From Tubiluchus corallicola (lineage: Eukaryota; Animalia; Priapulida), in NCBI GenBank assembly GCA_030141605.1, contig JAQGDQ010000172.1, positions 124,001 to 188,000 of the forward strand: a stretch of 64,000 nucleotides of DNA. The letters are read 5' to 3'. Position numbers and translations under genes: made by a program. This document shows positions 36,091 through 50,460 of this stretch, piece after piece. Below the pieces are notes generated by a model. It made no database searches and was not told the DNA's origin. It saw only the letters and a list, made by a program, of their open reading frames with translations. The stretch's first letter is position 1. Each line of letters begins with the position of its first letter.

Positions 36091-39000
36091 GATTTTACCG
36101 TTATTCGCCCCTAGTGGGTATGATGTGAAGCAATGAAATAGTGAAAATATGAAAATGAAAGCAATAGCACTGACTAAAGCAATGATAACGAAGCATATAT
36201 TTTATAGTTCTTTCCCTTTTTCGTTATGCCTGTGACCTATTGATGTGCCATAATTGGAAAAACTCATTTAGTTTACAGCTCAACGTGTTGAATGGATAAC
36301 TCTAAGCTTGTAATGACTTAGGTTGAAAATCATAAGTTAATGAAAATTTATTTAGCTACAAGAAATCAATTCCAGAATAGTCGATACACTATAAATAACA
36401 CTGCAAACTCAGCGTCACCAGCTCAACGTTAAAGTTGAAGTTGTACAGTACCAGCTTACAATTCTTTCCAAATATCGTACTTTACTGGGTTCGAGGCATA
36501 TGCACAATAGAAACAACTGTAAAACATGAGCTTCATTACCATCGAAAAATGTATTTGATGCGTATTAATTCAATTTATCAAATAAATTTTATCGATTGGG
36601 CAAGATTGAGTAATAATCGGTTGCGAATCTATTCGGTAAATAAACGTATCGGCACATAGCCATACAAAGAATTCTGCTCTCATAGCAGATGCTGATTATA
36701 TGTCGTGAACGTAAAATCATTCTGTGCAAAACGAACCACTTCTACTTTAAATCTATGAGTTATAATTTTACACGAGCATCCAGAATCCCAAAACTGAACA
36801 AATGTGACTAAACGCACAAAAAATGCAAACGCATTAGGAAAATTGAACTTGTCTGACGAGATGGCATTGTTAACAGTTTTCTTTCTCACAATAGGCATAA
36901 AAGCTCTAGTTTATGAGTTCCTGGGCGATTGCATATCTACCATTATATTAGCTTTTAAACGTGGTTTTACAGGCGACCACATATCAGGGTGTTTAATGCT
37001 ACTTCATTAGACCGCAAGATATAAGATATTAAAATACATTAAACAATCACGCAAAGCTACCTGCTGTGCATGTCCGCTTCATTTTCTTTGATGGAAGTGA
37101 TGTTAAAATCATTTACTGTTGAATTACACTGTTTGAAAAACCAGCGCGGAGAATACAAGGAGAGCTTAAGAAAAAATGCCTGTGTCTGCCATAATTAAGT
37201 GTATGCTGGTAAATCCAAAACATCAGTATTCATAGCTAATTAATGATGCAAAACTTTTGAAAGCTTCCAGATTTCCAAAATGAAAAGTGTACGCATGTTT
37301 GTATCACAGACAAACCTGTTTAACAAATTTAGAACTGAGATGGCAGTTATTTTACAAGCTTTTTCTCAGTCGCTAATTATTTGTTTTTGTCTTCTTGGAG
37401 TGGTAACATTTATAACACTTCCGTTCTTTTTTCTGTTTTCCAGGAACAATCATATCTTTTAATTGCATACATGATTTTATCAGCTGCAGATATCGATATA
37501 GAGAAGCCATCTTTCCTCAATATTTAGCATCTGTCACATAACAGAGTTACATTTCAGGATGTCTAGTGCCAAGATATGAAAATTGTAACTTCATTTTTCA
37601 AGTTTTTGTTCAATGTTTCAGTTGTTCAGTTTTGAGCAAATTGACAGTTAGATTAAAAGGCTTAATGAGAAGTAGATCTCAACAAAGATATCCAGAAAAA
37701 TTAATAAGTGTGTTACTGCATATGAAATGCTGTTACTTTTGTAATTAGTTATTGCTCCTCAAACTAAATGTATCGTAACAAAATAAACTTATTTTTAATT
37801 TTTGACATCAGTATAATGATATAATACCAATAACCCTCTTCTGGGCCCAGTGCAACAAAAACAGAGAAAATACGTCCGTTTGCTGAAATAATCTAAAAGC
37901 CACATAGCAATTCTGTGGGCCTGTGGCAACACTACAAATTGGACAGGAAACAAAGTTAGAAATGAGTTTCTCACGATAGAATAGGCAAAAGTTTTAGAAA
38001 GAAAATAAAAAGAAGTCAGGTGTATTTTAATGTTTGAGAAAAATGCTAAAAATATTCAGCAAAAAATAAGATGTAATTAGTAAAATCACTTTAAAGACGT
38101 GATCATTTCATTTGGGCGCGCTCGTTTTTAACGAAAAATGACGTCATATAGCCAATAGCAACAAAGCATGCGGCACGTTAAGAATGTCTATAAAATCTTT
38201 TGTATTTTTTGTAAGAGTAGGCATTTTCGATGAGCGCAAATTGTTAATTGTATATTAAAATACACTGAAGGTGGTTTGTACCTTGAATTTTTCATTAAAC
38301 TGATCTGGCCAGATTCCGCGGGTTCAGATGACGAAGACACGTTTGCCAATGTGCACGGCAGTTTTTCGCAATCAGATATTCGTGAAGGTTTTCACCTGCC
38401 CCATTTTCAAAAAAGGGGAATATCGAAGCATCTCCATTACTGCAATTCGGTGACAATTAGTGCTCAATACTTGAATGAGCCTAATATGAAAACAACATAA
38501 TTCTGAATGCATTTCAAAGGTATGAAGACGTGGCTACTGATTCTTCAAAACGCTGAACTTGTGCATCATACGTATTTCATTAGCTTGCAAGAAAATGTCT
38601 ATCAAGTCTTTGCTATGTACTAGCAATGTTTATCGTAAGCATAACTAACGCTGAAGTCATATCTGCCCGAATTTATTAATGAATGCCTTTGTGCAACAGA
38701 CATCCGGCAACACCTCGTATATATCCTACAGTTTCATTAAGGCTCTGCTTGAAAAGAGCTGCCAGAGAGTCTACAAGCATGTGGTTCATATTCAAAAGCC
38801 CAAGAGGAAGAAGTCGTTAGGTTCTTATTACTTTAATCGTTTTCTGAGTTACGCATCGAACTTCGCAAGGCATCATTTAGATTGAGCTACTCTAGTGGCT
38901 TCAGAGTCATGACGTATGACGATTTTCAGTTGCTGTTGCCCTGTATTTGCTATCACGCACACTCGCAAGGTCGTATGAACGCAGTACATAACGGGTGTTT

Positions 39001-39312
39001 GAAGTCTCTCATTATTATCAAAAATTATTTAAAATTATCAGTAAATGCAGCAACCACAAAGTGGCTGAGTTTACGATTATTGAAAAATTTAGTGTCATCA
39101 AATTTGGCTTCATATGTATACTGCTGCGATTTTAATTTGCACCTATCAGAGCTGGAAATGGGACCGTGGGTTGGATCACTTGGAACACAATTTTTCGGTG
39201 ACCTAAGTAAAAATAAATAGTCGCATTTTTTTCTAAAAGACGTTCGAAATCTATTATTTTAAATGAAAACTAGAATAAGATAAAACGGCTTACAGAACAG
39301 AATTGGATAGGC

Positions 39313-39349
<37 letters not shown>

Positions 39350-40629
39350 AGGCAATTTAAGGCAAGCCTTATCTTTCATTTGCATTGAAAGGGTGAAGTT
39401 GATAACAAAAAGTTGGCAATCCTAATTCGCATCCTTTTTAACACTTTTCTTATGGCAATTACGAGTATTTTAAAGTAAAAATGGATGTATCGATCGACAT
39501 TATCCGCATCTTCGCAGCTACATTAGTTATTATTATTATGAGCCTGTCCTTTTACTACTGTTCTATGCCCACCTGAAAGAAACCTTGCAAAGAATCTTGA
39601 AACCATATCAAGATTCTTCACCTTCACGTAATACAAACCGTGCATATAATCTTCCACAGACGAGGTACAGCATTTGAAAGCATTTGCGCGCTGAGATCGT
39701 ATTCATAAAGTAAGCTAACATAATTATAGACATGCATCTAATTGTGAAAAAGGCGATGAATGACTAAGAACGGTGTATGCCTAACTGAATCTATACAATC
39801 TATATATATTGTATATACATACAATACGTAACGAAACATACACGAAAGTGCGAGATATTCCAGTTGTGTTTTCTAATTACTAGAAGCAGAGTGCATTTTG
39901 CTGTAATCTTATATTATGGAAAATGAACGTTTGCCCGAAAAACAATAAAGCGGTCGTTCGCTCCTGTTTCACTCAAGACTGTCTTTTAATCTGATTAGTT
40001 CTATACTGGCAGTGGGCGTAAGTGACTGTGGTCGTTGATCATTCTTAAAATGTTGAATAATGAACTCAGATATCTTGTAAGTTTGAGTCGTATTTTTAGG
40101 ATATGCTAGGAAATATAATACATTATATATTTGGGCATGTTTTTATAAAACGTTAGTCACAAAATTTTAAGCTGTTATATAAAGAAAGTGAAGTTTGGGG
40201 GAAAATACTTCTGTTTTCATTGTATGTAAGTCTAACAGCTTCAGTGCGGAATGAACTGGTACGGAATAAACCTCGATTAAAAATGAAGCTTTCTTTAGAA
40301 TTTTCTAATAAAGTATAAGCTTTATATTAGGAATGATCAGGTAATGAGGAATCGCAACTCGCCTCAATTGACAGTTTACAGTCTTAGGCACACGCTCAGG
40401 TCAACTGGGACAGATTTCCAGCAACTTGAAAGATACGAGTTCCCCCGCGTTGCAGCACTGCTCAGACCGACGACAACTGATTGTATCCACAATCATCGTC
40501 GAACAATGCTCAGTTGAAAACTGGGTGGATACGTACGCCGCGAATAGAACATCAGCAACTTACTGGAACTGAGTTGCGTTGCGTTACGTGGCGCGGTAAG
40601 CATACCTTATGTCGAGTGTGCGTAGAAAC

Positions 40630-40695
40630 AGTAGTAGTGGTGGTGGTGGTGGTGGTGGTGGTGGTGGTGGTGGTAGTGGTAGTAGTAGTAGTAGT
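40630..40695. repeat. (GGT/AGT)n microsatellite
   Basis: Visible. Confidence 0.95.
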
Positions 40696-42553
40696 ATATT
40701 CGGAACTAACGGCATACCATATTCCGCTAGTTGCCGAGTCTTAAGTTGCGATGCATCGCAAGGTCCACTTGCCTTAAGCCTATCTTTAGTATACGATGCT
40801 TCCACTATTAATTGTCTAAGTAATGCTCTTGTTTTGGCATGTTTTTAAACTATTTGAAATCATTCTTCAGTCTTCACTGCTATGTTGAGAGCAGTTGAAT
40901 CGTCGTGCTTTAATAAAAAAATCCAAAAAAAAATCTTTATTTGTTAATATCAGAAGTTTGTAGACACTCTCTATTATATCTATGCACAGCGTGGTTTGTC
41001 TTTGTCACAATCTCGCGTCATTTTAATTTCACCTTTTTGGATAAAATTTATGAGAATAACAATTCAGTGATTGATTTTTGGGTTGCATTAGGAACTGTGA
41101 GTATTCCCTTGACTCATTCACGTGAAAATTCACTCTGCTTCCAGCCCATAGATGTTAACGCGAGGGCATCCTTTGGACATTAGAGCGATGAGTGCACTAT
41201 TATATTGCACATATATAGATTATTATAGACTAGAATTTAGGAAAATTTAATTGCCTAGAGAATATAACATTATTAAGAGCACTTGCAAAGCCATGTAGTT
41301 CAGAGTACATTACCGTTACGACGTTAAAAAATAATAGCCTTCTTAATAATTTATGCAATTTACCTTCTTTTAGTGATGATGGTGGTCGTATCTAATGGGT
41401 TCAGAATAGTTTGAGCCGCAACATTTTTGCGATTTAAGGTTTCTTTCCTGTTTGTCTGTGCGGTAAACGATTGCCAAAAAGAATATTATAAAATCAGGTA
41501 ATTGTTATTTTTACTTGGTTTGCCTTTAAACTTCAAGGTAACATATCGTTAACGCGGTGCCTGCTGCAGTGTATATAATTAACTACAACATTTCATTAAC
41601 CATAGAGGGTTCTACTTTCCCCCACCCCGCAGCACAACATGTACAATTACACTCACTCTCTATGCGAACATTATAAGTGAGCTTTTTAAAAGTACAGCCA
41701 GTTATCAAATATTAATGTGCCAAGTTCTAACAATAATCACAGAGAAAGCTGAGAGTATAGTCATTAATAGAGAAACAGACAAGACTATTTGAAGTTTCAT
41801 ATAAATTCTGTTGCGCATTCTGGTATCTTACACAACGGATAAATAATAACGTAAAACTAAGGTTTGATGAAACAAATTTATAATGACACTATAACAACAG
41901 TTACTGCTCGTGTACAAAAAAGTTTCAAAGTGCATATTTTTATAGCCAAAAAATGGCAACAATTTTTTTCAGAACCTATGTGGTAAGTCGATTCTAGTGC
42001 AGCAATAATTACCGTTAAGAATTAAAAAAACTACAGTAGATCATGTTCTAAATGTATTTTGCCCCCATTATGACAGTTTGTTAGATAGGATTAAGGAACA
42101 ATAAAAGAAAGTGTACCAAAAATGGTATAATCATTATCGTGCGGCAAAAACCGTTTCGAAATACATTTGCCGAGGAAAACATTAAGAATTAGCTTATTGT
42201 ATATAGATAATATTGTTTAGTAGTCAACTGTAGTTTATCAAAAATTTTAATAATGGTAGTCATAAATTATAAATTACACTTTACTGAAAGCCGAACTTAC
42301 AACAGACATTAGTCTAGGAGGAATTCTTTAAACGAACTTGGAGCCTTTGTGGTTAAATTTCTACTTCGAACACATGTGCGAAGCTAAACAGTATAATTAT
42401 GCCAAGCTCAGCTAATGAGGTGGTCTTGACGATTTTACTACATTGTCAAGTACTCAGCCAGGCATGGTTTCTTTGAATCCAAAGACATCGCGTGACGTCG
42501 CGTGTTTACCAATTTATTTTACAGTTGTGGTACCAGTTCTCCCATAGTGTCGC

Positions 42554-42796
42554 CTAGTAGTACCGATTGTGACCAAAGCACGTTATTGGGTTTAAGAGAC
42601 ACCGGACACTATAGCGATTTCTTTGCGGTCTTTGATAAATAGCTCCAAAGCGTTTAGTGACTTGAGACAGCGCGCCTTTGCCATCAATTAAATTTTCAAG
42701 TAACGGATACAGCTCCGCCAAATGATCATTTGATGGTAGTTCCTCGTTTATTCGTGAAACAAGTTGTTGTGTTTCGTCCGAGTTACTCCAGTCATT
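42554..42796 (-). CDS. AstC: Terminal exon of an allatostatin-C/somatostatin-family neuropeptide precursor
   Basis: Strong acceptor tgttttttcag|AAT. 80 aa: acidic propeptide, a dibasic KR site, then ...RYSVRCLLNPITCFG, a C-x6-C ring matching the AstC C-x-x-N-P-I-S-C-F motif. Confidence 0.8.
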   Translation of the reverse strand, partial: NDWSNSDETQQLVSRINEELPSNDHLAELYPLLENLIDGKGALSQVTKRFGAIYQRPQRNRYSVRCLLNPITCFGHNRYY

Positions 42797-45700
42797 CTGA
42801 AAAAAACAGCAACTTTTAATGTCCTTATAACGCTTAGATGATATTAACACATAATAACAGATAATCGCCAGTTTTTAGTCATGATGCAGTCAATGAGATT
42901 TAATGTACAGCTGTACTTGGTGCCTAGGAAAATTATAATTTTTACTTTGAGGAAAAAATCTGAGGTGACAACACAGAAATTGAACCCGACACTATGTAAC
43001 AGTGTACAGTAATGAAATTAAAACCCATTAATTAGGTCGCAGAATTAGTTTATATGGTTCACACAGGGCACAAGCTTTCACGTGCGGCGTTAATTGGACA
43101 ACAACAACGATAAAGACAGCCATGATGACAATTTCAGCAATTTCAACTCCATTTATTTTAACAAGTTCACAAGTGCAACAGTGTAGATTAAAAACAATTA
43201 TAGTCCTAAAATACTCCCTCGACTTTGCTTAAGAACTTCAGAATCTAGAATGAGATGAATAATAACAATCTGTCGCACTTGAAGTGTTTCGCATTTGAAC
43301 TTTCGCATGTCGAGTACAAAACAATTAATTAACTGTTGAAATGCAAGAACCGAAAAAATACTATTGGTGAAAGCAATTTTCCTAGGTATCGAGAATCGAA
43401 TGTCAAGTTTATGTTATCTCGTTTCTCACTAATACATGTGTCTCACAATTAGATGGCACTCAGAAGTTAATTGTTTCCTCTAAAAGTGTCAGTATTTTCT
43501 CTGCTAATTCTCTGCTGTTTCCCCAGACTTACTGAGTATGGTTCAAGTTTTTGTGCCCACATAAAGCAACAGTAGTTATTATCAAATATAAGTGCTTTTA
43601 GTCGCCCCTTCGGCGAGTTTCACCTAGGTCCTCTTACCTCAAGAGGCTCGGAAATTGCACTAAACGAAACAATTTTATTTGAGATGGACATCGGAGAAGA
43701 ATTATTGATAGAATAATATTCAAGAAGAATTTGCCAACAACCTTTCAAGTATGAATGTTACGGTGGCAGCGGAAATTATTGGGTGTAGTTTCTCAGTTTA
43801 TAGCTAGAATTTCAAAATACTTGTCGACTACATATATACGTAAAAAGTACTAGCTAAACAAAATGTCAAAAACAACACAGCTAGGACCAGAGTCTCCAAA
43901 CGTACAAGCAGGAAGACAACTGATGACGGATCTCAAAATCACAGAACTTATATACAAAATAAGCGACTCAAACAAGTTAGAAACAGGTTAGTGCAACCAA
44001 GAAGAATCAGTGCACAAATAATCAGAAAGCGCAATGAGACACTAGCAACACATCACCTGACCCTAACCATTATTAATAATGGCATTAATTCTAAATTATA
44101 TTGCATCGTAATACTGAAAAATTGTTATCCATGTTTAAAGAATTATCCTACGATTTGATCTCAGAATTAATTAAAAATGGCATAAACATAAATAAAATGG
44201 TAAATTATTATCAATAGGAATAATACTTATTACTGCAACATAAGTAGCGTTTTTAAAGGGTTGACTAGAATGCAATAAGCTTAAATGAACAGTGGACATT
44301 ATTTTATGATACGTTGCTGCAACATTAACGTGTTATTGACGTTAATTATCTGAAATAACCATGAGGATGTATAACTAGTCCGATGTAATGTATACAATCA
44401 GTTTCGTCGCACTTGAATCTATAAACTAACATGGTATGTATTGATATGTTAAACTTAAGCTCAACTTCGCAATAAGGTCACGTGGATTGTGTTTCATGAT
44501 GTCGAGTTCCAGATCATTGTTAAAGCTTCGTCCATACCGCTGTATTATTGTATTACTACTAAATGGGCATTTAGCTGTTGCAATTGCAGACATGCTTGTA
44601 AGTGATGTAGCAGCTTCCATTAGACTTCCTAGAATGGATACGCAGTGGAATAATTCTGTGGTAGATGAGTGTCCACGACTAATTCCTGCGGTTATTCCAA
44701 GTCTTCTCAAATATTGCACCTGTCATAAAGTTCGGTTTAGTTGGTCAAATAATCAAGGAGTTACCAAGTTCTCTTTAAAAGAAGCTGAAGCGGAAATTTA
44801 GCGGCAACGACGAGTACGAGGATCTCAAATATCTAAAAAGGATATTACTACTTTTAAATTTTCAATTGACAAAAGGCAGCGATTGGACGGCGTTTACTAA
44901 TACTATCCCCAACAAGCAGGCAAGACCTTTTTAGCGCGCAAACATCAGAAATTCAAGCAGCTTCTTGGTTCTCAAGAAGAAGAATGAGGAAAGATGGAAG
45001 TGTAGAAATGCGATGGTAATGATAATATTTGTGTATGTTTCTTCACTGGAGCCTTTGTGGATCTATATGCACAAACTGGGTGGCCTCAAATTTGCCATGG
45101 AAACTTACACCACAGAGTTCAATCAATTAGAAAATAATTTCGTTCACCTCACTAATTTGGACGTTAACACAAAAAATTCAATACACATGCTTAAAAAGTT
45201 CCTGTGGACCCTGCAAAAACTATTGCGTTATCTGGAGTTGACATAAAAAAGATTTCGAATCAAATTAAAGATATCGTTGTGAAACAGCTGTTAAGCAGTG
45301 AATCGGTTTATGACTTATGACAATGCATTATGGCTTGATTAGTATTGTATAACAGACTACTATAATGTTGTATATATCGCAATTAGGTGTACAGAAGTAA
45401 CCTAACACCGTTTAATGTGCCATTTTGTCCTGTCAAATTAGAAACGGTTTTTCAGTAATTAGGAAAAATGATGACAGTTGTTATTAGACTTATAACATCT
45501 ACATTTTTGGCAACTAAATAAAATATTGAAATAATTGAATTATTGTTAAAATGTGTAGTTTATTTACAACTGTATAATACTCAAATATCGACGAACTCAG
45601 AGCAACTATTCCATACTAATATAGCTATTACATAATATTAAATTATTAAACTTATCTATTGAATTATTATTGTACAACCTTTATTGAAGAAGGCACAAAC

Positions 45701-47099
45701 ATGCGACATATTACTGGCAACTAAGTTTTTGTAAAAAAGTGAAGAGATTTTTTTGGACATTCATTCTATGATGGGTCTCCGGATGCGTGTGTTTAATGAT
45801 GCGTAATGCTAACACCGTTGGTTCAAGTCTAGTGCTTAATATTTTACCCTTCCTTCTTTCGTTCAAATTTGCAACACGCCTAGACACTCTACAGCATTAG
45901 AAAGTAAGTTAGTCAATACTTAAGCTCGTTTATTGGCGCATGAATTTTTTATTGAATTGGTGTCATTATTATCGCAGGCGCTTACGCAAACCTAATTGTG
46001 AGATGAGAAATCTTCAAAACCAACGAGTGTCAGTTATGTAAGAGGTACCAGCAGAAACGATTTGCGACAGAATTAAATCCGTTGACTGCAGCATATTATT
46101 GATTATTAGTGGATAACCTGGTGGTTAGTATGGGTAGCATGTTAGATTGATGAATGGGACTTAACAAAATGAATTGTAGCGTCCGAGGTGTAAATTTTTG
46201 GTTTTGACTTTTTTACATTATATTTATATTGATTGTAATCGAACGTCATGCAAAAGTAATTGAAACAATAATCAAATTAAAAAATCAGTGGTACGTACAT
46301 GTGTTGCACAAAGAGTGATACAAAATTCTAATTGGCAGCTATCTGATGCAGCAGATAAGCCGAATAGACACATAGCAGTAATTGAAGGTAATGTCTAGAG
46401 TTTTTCAATTGTGGTAGTCAAGACTAATTGCGCTAATTTAAGCACATTAACACAATGTTTTAGTTGCCATTGCAAAGTGAGATAAGCATGATACTAAAAT
46501 TAAATTACCAGTCACGTAATTATCATTACTCTCAAGATTTCAGTAACGTAAATTCCTCAATGAATCGGTTGCAAAGTGGAGGCTGACCACTTGTGGAAAT
46601 GAGCATTGCACGTCAATATGGCAATACCTTAAAACCGATTTCCTGATAGGTTAATTAATTATCGTGCTTCGCTTTTGCAATGAAGAACCACAAAGATTTA
46701 TATGGAAAACATGTTGAAAGTGTTGCGTGGTGAATTTTGAAATCTAACAAAATCCATTACATGACTCGTGCATGCATTGACCAACTAGCATTTTCTGTCA
46801 TCTATCCACTCCATATGGATGCATAGGCTGTCCACAAGATTTGAAGATTTCAGTTGCCGATGTTAGCTGATTTTCACAAAATCTGGTGGATGTCGTCCCC
46901 CCTCAGATTTTTAGAAAATCCTTAGCATTTTGTGCTTTTTACCAAAAATAACAAAATGGCAGTCACAGTGGCACTTTTAAATTGCAAACTCATTTTCGTG
47001 TGTTAAAAATTAAATGATAAAATCATTATTAGCTAAGCGCTGCTGCTTTGTGCTTTAATAAATAGGTTCATCAGGCCAGGCACCGTCTTAGAGAACAGC

Positions 47100-47240
47100 A
47101 GCAGTGATGATAATAGTGACGATGATGATGACGTCGTAGAAAATGACTACATAATACGACGAGTTTCTGTGGCGATAATAATAACGATGTTAATAAAGAC
47201 GACGATAAAGATGATGATGATGAAGATGACGATACGAAGA
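47100..47240. repeat. (GAT/GAC)n low-complexity tract
   Basis: Visible. Confidence 0.8.
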
Positions 47241-50149
47241 GGACGTTTTATGATATTGTAAAGAGAAAAATTACGCATAATAATAGTATTATAATAGTAT
47301 TTTTATCTATGTTCACTTTTGATATAGAAAAACTATTTAGGTCGATTATTAACAATTAGACTTTAGCAGAAAAAATTTTAGACAAAAATTTAGAATTAAC
47401 TTATGGTACACTAAATCGACTGGAAAGCGAAACATTGGGTTACTCGTATATTAAGTTTTTCTGCCCAACTGCCTGGATATGTTTTTGGAATACCACTTAC
47501 GGTTGTCGTAAAAACTTAGAATACGGTGTAACTCTATTGCGACGTTACACTATTAAAAACTGATAAACACTTATTACATAAATAAGTAGAACGAGAACAG
47601 TATCATCACCCCAACGGAGTAATCTCCCCCCCCCCCAAAAGAACTGGGATGTTTTATGTAATATTATCTCGCGGGATATTATACTGCGCATTCTGTATTA
47701 CGCATTAGGCACAGCTCTGTAGGACCCATTATTTCAACTAGAACCTAAGTAAATCAGGTGATAAAGCTTTAATTAATTGATTTCAGATCAGGCACGCATT
47801 AAACATATGGCTGTTTGGCGTGATTGTTATAGTTCCAAGTTGCGCAAGTCACTCAGTTCACAATTTCAATTGGCATTAGCCTTTGTTTCGTACTTTAAGA
47901 GTATTAGGCCTAATTGGAGTTCTAATTTCTCGGTGCATTATGAAGCGTACTGGTGGTACAATTAGTGATGTGGACGATTAACCGCCCTCATTATTTATGG
48001 GCTGATTAGTAATGAGACGCGTGTAGTATACGTACTTGTATAAAAGTGCCTTCGAAGAGGGTTTGCCAAAAGCCAAGTTGAAATTGTTATTTTATTTCAA
48101 TTAAAATGATTGCCAAATGATTACAATATTGTTGCTGTCACAACAAAAGCTAGCTAGAAGTTCAAAGATCTTTCCTGCCATTTTGTAAGAAAGTACAGTT
48201 TATCCCGAACAAAAAATGCATTTAACTACAATCTTTAACAACATTTTCTTAGAAAAGAACAATTGTGTATAATATGTACGTATAATACGTAAAATAGAAG
48301 TGTCCAATATGTAAAGTACGTTTGGTATAGTCACAATAGTCATTGTAGTTGTTGACCAGAATGTTCGTCATGGGGCGGGTTGTTGTTATATGATACACTG
48401 CAGTTACACTTGCACATCACATTTTCTCCTCTTATTTCTAATGGTCAGAAGTGCGTACCTTATTGAGACACATGATGCAAGGTGTACTGCAGCCTACTAA
48501 TATACCCGAACATCGTATCTTATTTTTCGCAGCAAGGGACATGCCGAATAGAAAGAGCACAGTTCTCTTATGTCATTGGGTCTGTAATAGTCAGTAATAA
48601 ATACAGGGAGTGCTGCGTAAATTCTCTCATGTGACGCAAAGATGAGTAGTAGCACTTTAGAGAATCTTTATGTCTCCAAGCACGTGATTAATATACGGTG
48701 CCTCGGCTTGTGCGAGGTACACGTATGAGATTGCCTCTTACGTGTCGAATGAACAATTTGACAGAATAATAGCGCAGAGTACAATTGGACAGCTTAAGAA
48801 AATACATGAGGTACACACTTTGCCGCACCGGCCATAGTCCCGGTGCTTGGTACTTACTTGTACTGTTGTTCTTGTTGTACACACTTTATAAAATTGTACA
48901 CACTTCATCACGATCAAATCTAGTAGGCTTGTACGTCAGGGAACTACCAACACAGTAACCAAGAGTTTTTCGCGACTTTCCCTCTTTAGGGGCTCCTTTT
49001 TGGGGTAAGGTTCAAAAAGTGCTACATTTTTCCGCCATTTATTTGTGACATTGAAATACGGGCTTGCCATGCTGACATCTGCCCCTGCGTACCAAGGGTG
49101 TAACGGAGTCCGAATTTCGATTTCCCCCATGGAGGGTATGGAGGGGGTAATCATTATTTATCTTAGTATGTTGCAACAAACATATGCTTGAATGCAGTCA
49201 CTTGATTAGAATAAGGTGTCTCAAAAGTCAATATATACGTTGATTCCTAAATTTTTTTCCAATCTCAGCTAGCTTTTAGATGAATCAAGAGGAGCATTTG
49301 GCAATTCTTTTTATTTAATTTTTTGATAGAACTGAGTTGTTACAGGGTACGACAGTAACGTTAAAAATGAGATGCAAAACAGCCTTGCCTGAAGTCCTTC
49401 GATTACAGGAAGAGCATCACGTGGACCGCATTATTCTCTGGCCATGAAAGGACAAGAAAACCCTTTACTAACGTCAAGCTAAGAAAAGTCGTCTTGAAAA
49501 TTTTTGTTACCTACATGCAAGCTTTCCACACAGAGCTTGCTGCATAAAACACGCTGTGTAAAACTTGATAACTTGAAACGCGCTGACAGATAGGCGCAGC
49601 AGTTTTAACAGTGAGAGACGTTCTCAAAGCAAGATACCGGACTTGCCATTATTTGGTCTCTGAGGCTCTAGAGGTCCCTGAAGAAGGTAGCAAAAATTGC
49701 AAACCCTGTTAATGCAGTAGTTCTTTTCGTCTAAAAGATTATACACTGTTTTAGTTTATCTATGCCAATATTCAAACTTTTTGCTTTGTTTACTCAAGAA
49801 TTTAGAAAATGTAAAGTGTATTATGACATTTGAGAAACCATTTATAGTTAAGAGCGGAACACTGCATTCTCTAATAGATTGAACATTGGGTGGTAACATC
49901 CGCCTACATTACAATATTATTCCATTATTTAGATCTGCCTTCAAATGAAGCGGTCTCAGCCACACTCAAGAGTAGGTAGGAAATTGCATGAATGGTTTTA
50001 ACCAGTAGACTGCTTGAGATGAAAGAACTTGAACAAGCAGATGCATGTAATGGACGTTTGAAGTTGCTCACGATGATAAATTGAAGAGAAACTTTCCCTT
50101 TTCTTAGATATCTTGTTCTTCTTTTATTCCTAACTCCAGATTTTTCGTA

Positions 50150-50460
50150 TTCACACACAGTAAATGGACGCTTCCAAAAAACTGAGAGAGCATGCTCACA
50201 GTTATTGATGCAGCAAAATCTAATTGGGATTTATTAATAACAGACGCTTTCCGTATTAACTGATTGAAAACCTAATTTCAAGAGTAAAGTGGTGGGTTAT
50301 AACTACAGTTATGTTTTATGAAGTAATTAACATTCCAGATGTCTTTGAAATTATGTCCTTTTTAAACTAATGCAGAATGACTCTGTTCCATCAACACAGC
50401 TGAACATGCTAATGGATATTAGCGAAATGCACTGATTAAATCTGTTTTAATATTTTCAAA
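50150..50460 (+). mobile_element. Penelope-like 3' remnant with a hammerhead relic
   Basis: VIDAAKSNWDLLITDAF...KPNF resembles a GIY-YIG C-terminus. It is followed by CTGAACA-t-GCTAAT-ggat-ATTAGC-GAAA at 50400-50427. Confidence 0.5.

Noticed and set aside
10471-40848. Low-complexity ORFs (10471, 14104, 18934, 32184-32494, 34967-35302, 40481-40848)
   Set aside because: All explained by microsatellites or pyrimidine tracts.
43092-43152. MELKLLKLSSWLSLSLLLSN as the AstC signal peptide
   Set aside because: In-frame stop before any donor; the hydrophobicity comes from a (GTT)n run.
44426-44801. Overlapping ~100-aa ORFs on both strands as an AstC upstream exon
   Set aside because: No phase-0 donor on the minus strand and no recognisable homology; left unassigned.
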